NCBI GenBank assembly: GCA_016199525.1
Contig: JACQGL010000048.1
Span: 630-64,629 of the forward strand
Reading direction: 5' to 3'
DNA: 64,000 nt
Source of the DNA: Armatimonadota bacterium
GTDB taxonomy: Bacteria; Armatimonadota; SYMT01; JACQGL01
Shown: in pieces, positions 57,258 through 64,000 of the stretch
How the letters are laid out: each line of letters starts with the position of its first letter
Position numbering within the stretch: the stretch's first letter is position 1
Program-made: the position numbers and the translations under genes
Notes under the pieces: generated by a model
Database searches by the model: none
Seen by the model: the letters and a program-made list of their open reading frames with translations, nothing else
What the model was told of the DNA's origin: nothing

Positions 57258-57868
57258 ACCGTCGCCTCCTGGTCCGTCATCAGGTGCAGCACCTCGGTGC
57301 TCACCACCTCAAAGTCCACATCGAACCGGTTCACCCAGGTGGTGAACAGGTTGTAGGCGACCACGGCTACGATGGCCACCCCGAGACCTGCGGCGGTGTT
57401 AATGAGCGCTTCCGAAATGCCGCGCGAGACCTGGCCTGGGTTGGCGCCGGTCATTGCGGCGATCTCCTGGAAGGCATGCATGATCCCGATCACTGTGCCG
57501 AACAGGCCGATGAACGGGGCCGTGGTGGCGATCGTGCCAATCAACGGCAGGTTGCGGGTCAGGCTGGCCTGCTGCAGGGTGATGGCGCTGGCCAGCGTGT
57601 CCTTGATCTCCTCCTTGCCGCGTCCTTGCTTCGCCAGCGCCGCCCCGGCCACGGAAGCGATGGCGGATTGGCTGCGATCACAGAACGACATCGCGTCCCC
57701 CAGCCGCCCTTCCTGCATCAGCCGCGCCAGCCGCGCCAGGAAGATGATCGTATCCGTACTGGCTGCTTTCAGGCGGATGTAGCGCTCGATAATGATCGCC
57801 ACCATAGTGATGGAGACGGCCAGCAGGATGTACATCGTAAAGCCGCCCTGGTTCAGGATTGCGAACAT
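57254..57868 (-). CDS. exbB: ExbB/TolQ/MotA-family proton channel protein
   Basis: 204 aa. ..LIGTIATTAPFIGLFGTVIGIMHAF.. ..ISEALINTAAGLGVAIVAVVAYN... There is a 4-nt overlap with exbD. Confidence 0.85.
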   Translation of the reverse strand: MFAILNQGGFTMYILLAVSITMVAIIIERYIRLKAASTDTIIFLARLARLMQEGRLGDAMSFCDRSQSAIASVAGAALAKQGRGKEEIKDTLASAITLQQASLTRNLPLIGTIATTAPFIGLFGTVIGIMHAFQEIAAMTGANPGQVSRGISEALINTAAGLGVAIVAVVAYNLFTTWVNRFDVDFEVVSTEVLHLMTDQEATV

Positions 57869-58145
57869 TCACGTCCTCCGGATTGAGGTCGGGGTGGTCC
57901 GGGTGTGGGGTTTCTGGTTGGGAAGGGAACCTCGCCCCCGGCCCTTCTCTCCCGCCTGGTTGATGGTCTTGACGAACGAAACAGTGGGCGCCAGCGCCGG
58001 GCGCTGCGCGCAGATACGGGCTGTTTGAAGGTTCGAACGTTTATGGAACTTGGCAGCCAATGCACGCAGTTTACTTCCCAACCTCCCTCAGCACTGCAAC
58101 CTTTGCACCTGCGAACATGCCAATCGATCAACCTGCCAGGCGCCA

Positions 58146-61106
58146 TCACGGGGCGACTGGCTTTTGCCCCAGTCGCTCCTGGGCGCGCATGGCCCACTCG
58201 GTGTCCTTGTAGGTTTTGAGGCACTCTCCCCAGGCCTCCTGGGCCTCCTTCTGCTGCCCGAGCTGCGCGAAACACTCACCCGCCTGGTACTGCGCCTGGG
58301 CGGCCATCGCCGCGATTTCCTGGTTGTCCTTGTAGCGCCCAAACAGGGTCGCGACACGCAGGTAGGTCCGCCGGGCATCCTCGTACTTCTTCTGCGCATA
58401 GAGAGCGTCTCCGGCGAGCAACCCCGCCTCCGCGCCAATGCGGCCATAGGACGTGCCGAACAAAGGCTCCAGAACGGTGACCGCCTTCTCGGGCTGCCCC
58501 TGGCGAACGAGCACCTGCCCCAACGCCAGCCGCGCCTGGGCGACCAACCACGGAATGACCTTGTCGTCTGCCGGCGGCTTCAGTTCTGCCACCCGCTGGA
58601 GCTGCTCCGCCGCCGGTCCCAGATCGTTCTTCTGAAGCAGCGCCTCACCGGCGCGCAGCCGGCACTCCGTCAGTAGGTCGCTCTGCGGGTAGCGCTGCAC
58701 CACGACCAGGAACGCTTCCGCGGATCCCGCCCAGTCTTTCGCCTCATGCAGGCACCAGCCCAGCTTGTACCAGGCCTTATCCGCCAGGTTCCCCGCCTGC
58801 GGCGAGCTGGCCACCGTGCGGTAGCCCTGGGCGGCCTCGGTAAACTTACCGGCCTTGTAGTCCTGCTCGGCGAGGCGGAAGAGGGCGTCCACGCCCAGAG
58901 GATGGGCGGCAAACTCGCTGGCGAGCCGCGCGAAAACGGGGCGAGCCTGATCCGGCTGGTTGTCGTCCGTGAAGGCCCAGGCCATCTCGTAGAGCGCTTC
59001 CGGCACCGCCGTCGACTTCGGGTACTTGGCAACCAGCTGGTTGAAGGCAGTGATAGCGTCCGCGTACTTGTTCTGGCTGGCCAGCACGGTTCCGATACGG
59101 AGCATCACCGAGGGAACCATCTCTGCCGGTGGATCGGCTTTCAGCGCCGCCTGGTAAGCAGCCAGAGCCAGATCCAGCTTCCCATCCTTCTCGTAGGCGC
59201 TGCCGATGAGGAACTGGGCGCGCGCCAGGCCACCCTCGGGGGCCTTTTCCAGTGCCTTCAACGTCTCGGCCAGTAGATCGCTCTTCCCCGTGGCCGCATA
59301 GCAGAGCGCCAGGCCGGTATGCGCGGCCCAGACCGTATCACCCCGGGGCGCACGCTGGAGCACCTGCTGGTAAACCTGGATGGCAGCCGCGTAGCTGCCC
59401 GCCGCCCGCAAAGAATCCGCATTGGCGAGTAGAGCCTGCGCGGCGGCCGGCTTATCGCCGTACTTCTCCAGCAGGATCTTCTCCACATCGGCCGCTTCCT
59501 TGCTCTTCTTCTGCTCGCGCAGGATAGAGAGGAGCGTGGCAGCGGCGGTGGAGGCGTGCGTGGAATCGCCGTGCTTGTCCAGCACCTCGCGCAGGGCGGG
59601 GACGGCGTTGTCCGGCTGCTTCAGGCGATAGTACGCCTGGCCGATAAGCAGCAGCGCCGCGGCGCGCGCGTCCGGCTCGAGTTCCAGCTTCAGCAGCTCG
59701 CCTAGCTGCGCCACCGCCCCGATGGCGTCGTCCCCCTCGAAACGGCACTGCGCCAGGCCGATGGTCGCCATCGCCGCCAGCGGTCCCTTCGGATCCCGCC
59801 GCATCACGGCGGTGAACTGCTCCTCCGCGGCGGGGAACTGGCGCTGGCGGTAGAAGGCCACCCCCAGGCCATAGGTGGCCTGATCCACAACCACCTGCTC
59901 TGCCGGTTTGGCATCCAGCACCGCGCGGTAGAGCCGCGCCGCGTCCGCAGGGTTGCCGGTATCGAGGCGGAGATCCCCCAGCCGGAGTCGCGCGCGCAGG
60001 GCCAGGGCGCCCGCGCCTCCATCCTCCGCAAGACGCTGGAAGGCGGCCGCCGCCTGCTCCACCTGCTTGAGCTGGAGCCGCGCCATGGCCAGCCAGTAGA
60101 GCGCCTCGCGCGCCACGGCAGGATCGGGATCGCGGCTGCCCACCTCGTAGCGCTCCGCGGCCGCCGCGTAGTTCTTCTCGTAGTAATAACAATCCGCCAC
60201 TCGCAGGGGTACACTGGCGGCCAGGGACGACTTCGGGTAGGAGGCAGCGACCGCCTCGAACGCCGCGCGTGCCGCCGGATAGTTCTTCTGATAGAAGGCT
60301 GCCCACGCGAGCCCCATCTGCGCGGCGGGCGACTGCTCACTCCCCTTGTAGGCCTCCAGCACCTTCTGGTAGGCTTTCTCGGCGAGCGCGTACTGCTTGA
60401 GCCCCAGCAGCGTCTCCCCCGCGCGCAGGAGCGCCTCTGCCGCCACCTCTGCCTGCGGATATTTCTCCGCGACCTGGAGCCATGTAGAAGCCGCCAGCTC
60501 GGAGTTGCCCTTCCGGTAGTGGCAGAAGCCGAGCGAGTAGGTTGCCTGCGCTGCCTGCTCGCTCGCCGGCCAGCGCTCCGCCACCGCCTGGTAAGCGGCG
60601 ATCGCCTCGTCCCATTTCTCCAGCTGGAAGTAGCACTCGCCCAGCCAGTTATAGGCAATCGGCCCCAGCTTCTCGTCCTTGTCCGCCAGCTGCTTTGCTT
60701 CCAGCAGGTGGGGCAGCGCCTTGTCATACTGTTTCGAGTAGAAGTGGCCGAGACCGAGGCCAACCAGCGCCTCGGCGCGGAAGTTCATATCTGGCTTCTC
60801 CGCCAGCGCCCGCTCGTAGGCGGCGATCGACTCCGGGTACTTGTTCAGCCGGAGATAGGCCTCGCCGATCCGCAGCCTAACCAGGTGCGTCTTCGCGTGC
60901 TGGGGATATTCTTTGAGGTACTTTTCGTATTCCTGAATGGCCAGCTCGTACAGTTTGCGGCCGAACAGCTCAGTGGCAAACAGGTACTGATCCTCCGCCA
61001 TCCGGCCGTCCGCCGATTGCGCTCGCGCCGCCAGCGGCGTGAAATAGAGCAGCGCGACGAGCAGGCCGCAGGTAAGATACTGGAGCTGTCGCATTCGGTG
61101 CTTCAT
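58146..61106 (-). CDS. Very large secreted TPR-repeat protein (about 986 aa)
   Basis: Start probably ATG 61106 (MKHRMRQLQYLTCGLLVALLYFTPLAARAQ signal peptide). It carries more than 20 YbgF/CpoB-like TPR units (..YxLGxCYxxxGxxxxAxxxFxxVxxxYPxS..). Confidence 0.85.
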   Translation of the reverse strand: MKHRMRQLQYLTCGLLVALLYFTPLAARAQSADGRMAEDQYLFATELFGRKLYELAIQEYEKYLKEYPQHAKTHLVRLRIGEAYLRLNKYPESIAAYERALAEKPDMNFRAEALVGLGLGHFYSKQYDKALPHLLEAKQLADKDEKLGPIAYNWLGECYFQLEKWDEAIAAYQAVAERWPASEQAAQATYSLGFCHYRKGNSELAASTWLQVAEKYPQAEVAAEALLRAGETLLGLKQYALAEKAYQKVLEAYKGSEQSPAAQMGLAWAAFYQKNYPAARAAFEAVAASYPKSSLAASVPLRVADCYYYEKNYAAAAERYEVGSRDPDPAVAREALYWLAMARLQLKQVEQAAAAFQRLAEDGGAGALALRARLRLGDLRLDTGNPADAARLYRAVLDAKPAEQVVVDQATYGLGVAFYRQRQFPAAEEQFTAVMRRDPKGPLAAMATIGLAQCRFEGDDAIGAVAQLGELLKLELEPDARAAALLLIGQAYYRLKQPDNAVPALREVLDKHGDSTHASTAAATLLSILREQKKSKEAADVEKILLEKYGDKPAAAQALLANADSLRAAGSYAAAIQVYQQVLQRAPRGDTVWAAHTGLALCYAATGKSDLLAETLKALEKAPEGGLARAQFLIGSAYEKDGKLDLALAAYQAALKADPPAEMVPSVMLRIGTVLASQNKYADAITAFNQLVAKYPKSTAVPEALYEMAWAFTDDNQPDQARPVFARLASEFAAHPLGVDALFRLAEQDYKAGKFTEAAQGYRTVASSPQAGNLADKAWYKLGWCLHEAKDWAGSAEAFLVVVQRYPQSDLLTECRLRAGEALLQKNDLGPAAEQLQRVAELKPPADDKVIPWLVAQARLALGQVLVRQGQPEKAVTVLEPLFGTSYGRIGAEAGLLAGDALYAQKKYEDARRTYLRVATLFGRYKDNQEIAAMAAQAQYQAGECFAQLGQQKEAQEAWGECLKTYKDTEWAMRAQERLGQKPVAP

Positions 61107-61484
61107 GGCTCGTCTTCCAATCTCGACGACCGGGCCGCTGGCAGCGACACTACTGCTACCAGCACAAGTGAGCGCCCGAATCATTGCTGGCCGCTACAGC
61201 GGTCGCTTCGGCGCATGCCAGTACGGATGTCGGACGAGCGCGAGCTGGTATCCAACCTAAACTGGCACCGGCCCGCACCTGCGAACGCCGTTGCCCTGTC
61301 TGGAGTTTGGGAAGTGAGGACAAAGAGCAACCGCCCATCACCAAAATCCAGCTCCACTGCTCACAGGGTCCGGCTCTGGTGTGAGCCGGCACGACAGCCC
61401 GGGGTCGGCGGGCCTCTGCGAACAGCCGATTTCTGAATCAGATCCGGGCGTCGCCCGCGGCGAACACTCTGGGAGGAGGTTAGC

Positions 61485-62486
61485 GTGCAGATCATCCGCG
61501 CCCGTGCGCCGGTCCGCTTCTGCGACCTGGGTGGCTGGACCGACACCCGCATCGCACCCGAGGGACGGGTCCTCAACTTCACGGCCTGCCTCTACACGCA
61601 CGTTACTCTTCAGGTCGGCGCGTTCCTGGACATCACCATCGAGTCATGTGATACGGACGAGTACGCGCAGGTGCGCGATATCCGTGAGATCGAGTACAAT
61701 AGCGTCCTGGACCTGTTCAAGGCGGCGATCAAGCGCACGGGGATCGAACGGGGCGTGCGGATCATCGTGCGCAGCGACGCGCCTCCCGGCAGCGGCTTGG
61801 GATCATCCGCCGCTCTGGGCGTGGCCACGATGGCCGCGTTGAGCCACCACCTGCGACGACAACTGCTCCCCTACGAGATCGCCCGCGAATCGCAAGCCCT
61901 GGAGGTGGAAGAACTCGGCCTGGAGTGCGGCGTGCAAGACCAGATCGCCTCCGCCTACGGTGGCATCAACTTCATGCACGTCACCTACCCGGAGGCGCGG
62001 GTGTTTCCCCTGCGCCTCGATCCCGCCTCCCTGCTCGAACTGGAAGACCGGTTTGTGCTCGTGTTTACGGGGAGATCGCACTTCTCCACGGCGATGCACC
62101 AGAAGGTCATCCGGGCCTACCAGGCGGGCGAGGAGAAGTCGCACGCGGCGTTCCGCACGCTGGCAGAGTGCGCCGTCCGCGGCAAGGATGCGCTCCTGTT
62201 GGGTGACCTGGACGCGTTCGCCGAGGCGATGAACGACAACTGGCAGGCCCAGAAGGACCTCCACCCCGACATCACCACGCCCGAGGTTGAACGGCTGTAC
62301 GACCGCGTGATGGCGGTGGGCGCGATCGGGTTCAAGCTCAATGGCGCCGGAGGGGGCGGCACGGCGACCATCCTCTGCCAGCGGAACCGTAACCATCTGG
62401 TCCGCCGCATCGTCGAGGAAGAAGGGATGCAGATCCTCCCCGTCAAGCTGGACTTCACCGGCCTGCGGATCTGGGAGCCAGAGTAG
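61485..62486 (+). CDS. GHMP-family sugar kinase (heptose-7-P kinase/fucokinase-like)
   Basis: 333 aa with a GTG start. ..APVRFCDLGGWTD.., motif II PPGSGLGSSAALGVA, ..KLNGAGGGG.. Confidence 0.85.
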   Translation: MQIIRARAPVRFCDLGGWTDTRIAPEGRVLNFTACLYTHVTLQVGAFLDITIESCDTDEYAQVRDIREIEYNSVLDLFKAAIKRTGIERGVRIIVRSDAPPGSGLGSSAALGVATMAALSHHLRRQLLPYEIARESQALEVEELGLECGVQDQIASAYGGINFMHVTYPEARVFPLRLDPASLLELEDRFVLVFTGRSHFSTAMHQKVIRAYQAGEEKSHAAFRTLAECAVRGKDALLLGDLDAFAEAMNDNWQAQKDLHPDITTPEVERLYDRVMAVGAIGFKLNGAGGGGTATILCQRNRNHLVRRIVEEEGMQILPVKLDFTGLRIWEPE

Positions 62487-62614
62487 CGCACTGCCGGATA
62501 CCACGGGGAGCACGCGGCGCTCGGAGTGGACAAGAAGTGGCAGGAGACAGTTGAGTCGGGGGTCAAATGTATTTCCGTCTGGCTTTCTCTCCGCAACCCC
62601 CGTGGTTGAGTGCC

Positions 62615-63676
62615 TCACAGGACGACCGGCCGCCCCGTGGCCGCGCTGCAGTAGGCGGCGTCAATGACGCGCGTGACGACCAGCGCCTCCTCGGCGGGCG
62701 TCATCGGCGCAGGGCCGCCATCCAGCGCGGTGATGAAGGCCCGCGCGATCCCCGGTAATCCTCCGCCCGCGCCGTCCCCTACTCCCTTGCCCAGCACCCG
62801 GCGGGAGAGGCAGTCGCGCCCCACGGCCACCGGTGGGCCGAAGAAAGTAAGCGGCCCGAACTGCAACCCGCCCCGGTCCCCGAGGATAAGCCGCACGTGC
62901 TGGTCCTGAATGTGGCTCGCCCAGGCGACTTCCAGCGCGAACGCTGCCCCGCCCTCCAGCTGGCACATCACGGTCGCGTGGTCCTCTACATTCTGCACCA
63001 TGCCGTCGGGCCGCGGATCGCCGATGCCCTGCCAGGTAGTGGCGCTGACGGAGAGGACGCGGGGATTGCCCATAAGCCACAGCATCAGATCGATCTCGTA
63101 GACACCGATGTCGATCAGCGCCCCGCCGCCCGCATGCCCCTTGCTGAGGAACCAGGTAGCGTCTTTGAGAAGATCGATCCCCGGACGCCCACGCTGGCGG
63201 AACAAGGATGCCCGCCCGTAGTAAACACGCCCCAGCGCTCCGGCGGCGATCATCTCCTTCGCCTTGCAGGAGGCGGCGCCGTAGCGGAAGCGCGCGCTCG
63301 CCACAGCCAGGTGCTGCCCGCTTGCCCGCGCGGCGGCGACCATCCGCTCCGCCTCCCCCACCTGCAGCGCGAACGGCTTCTCGCACAGCACGGCCTTCCC
63401 CGCCTGGAGGGCGTCCACCGTTGGCTGGTAGTGGGCGTAGGGCGGCGTGCAGACCGCCACCAGATCGATGTCGTGCCGCTCCAGCACCGGCGCGTAATCC
63501 GTGTAGGCGCTGGGTATCTTGAACTCGTGCGCCACTACCGGCGCGCGACCGGGGATGACATCCACCACGGCGCGGACTTCTGCCCTGGGGCACTCGCGCC
63601 AGGTCTTCACGTGCGCGCGGCCAATATGGCCCGCTCCGATAATGCCAATCCCATAGGTTCTGCCTGCCATCCGCAT
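62615..63676 (-). CDS. Gfo/Idh/MocA-family oxidoreductase
   Basis: Start ATG 63676: MRMAGRTYGIGIIGAGHIGRAH..VVDV..CEKPFAL... The upstream 99 codons of the track ORF have no support. Confidence 0.85.
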   Translation of the reverse strand: MRMAGRTYGIGIIGAGHIGRAHVKTWRECPRAEVRAVVDVIPGRAPVVAHEFKIPSAYTDYAPVLERHDIDLVAVCTPPYAHYQPTVDALQAGKAVLCEKPFALQVGEAERMVAAARASGQHLAVASARFRYGAASCKAKEMIAAGALGRVYYGRASLFRQRGRPGIDLLKDATWFLSKGHAGGGALIDIGVYEIDLMLWLMGNPRVLSVSATTWQGIGDPRPDGMVQNVEDHATVMCQLEGGAAFALEVAWASHIQDQHVRLILGDRGGLQFGPLTFFGPPVAVGRDCLSRRVLGKGVGDGAGGGLPGIARAFITALDGGPAPMTPAEEALVVTRVIDAAYCSAATGRPVVL

Positions 63677-64000
63677 CTCGCTCTCTTGCTCTTTGCAGTT
63701 GGGCCGCGTACTCGAACGGCTGGGATCTGGGAGTAGGTAAAGAGTAATAATGATGGCACGACGGGCAATACGGCGGTATTGCAGCCGGCACGCTGGCTCA
63801 TTCAGGTGAGGAATCCGATCGAATTCCAGTGCGAAGTTCGAAGGCTTTCCCGGAGACGCGGCCACGGCGCCGGCGTGCAGTTCGCCGGCGGTAGGGCCGG
63901 CTCCTGGCGTCTCACTTCCCAGCGCCTTCTTCCGTGGCCACCCGTCGGCGGCCGGCTGTCCGCTTTGGCGCATCGCCTGCCTGAATCTGTGGGATCGGAT

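Noticed and set aside
1-64000. Search for CRISPR arrays, rRNA/tRNA genes, prophage or defence islands
   Set aside because: I found no regularly spaced direct repeats, no rRNA/tRNA signatures and no integrase, capsid or restriction-type genes. The only mobile-element trace is the degraded transposase at 6170-6455.

Overview
High-GC (roughly 65%) and densely coding bacterial chromosomal segment with about 50 protein genes. I found no rRNA, tRNA or CRISPR array. Many long ORFs in the supplied track are antisense or off-frame artefacts of the GC bias and were discarded. Several real genes start well inside the listed ORFs; I re-set those starts by hand using GGAGG-type Shine-Dalgarno sites and conserved N-termini. 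The lineage is probably a diderm, non-actinobacterial group such as Armatimonadota, Planctomycetota or Verrucomicrobiota. This is inferred from a DUF1559 prepilin-type protein, ExbB/ExbD and a UBact-type modifier; it is not proven. Main content follows. (1) 1-8496: a complete ubiquitin-like tagging plus 20S proteasome cluster (mpa, dop, a 62-aa Pup/UBact-like modifier, prcB, prcA, pafA), interrupted by a lower-GC TPR gene and an IS5-family transposase remnant. (2) A KimA-type K+ transporter preceded by a long structured leader that may be a c-di-AMP riboswitch. (3) Two sulfur modules, each headed by an Rrf2 regulator: rrf2-yezD-ABC transporter and rrf2-cysK-sat-DASS permease. (4) A free-standing archaeal-type ThrRS editing domain. 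(5) A three-gene cluster of uncharacterised secreted or membrane-anchored envelope proteins. (6) Housekeeping genes coaE, rpsA, polA, clpC and ilvE. (7) A TPR-exbB-exbD operon whose TonB/TolA-like third component ends in a DUF4159-like domain instead of a TonB C-terminal domain. (8) A short GC-clamped palindrome (CCCGAAAG..CTTTCGGG) recurring at six sites. All calls rest on reading the sequence and recalled family signatures; no database search was possible.
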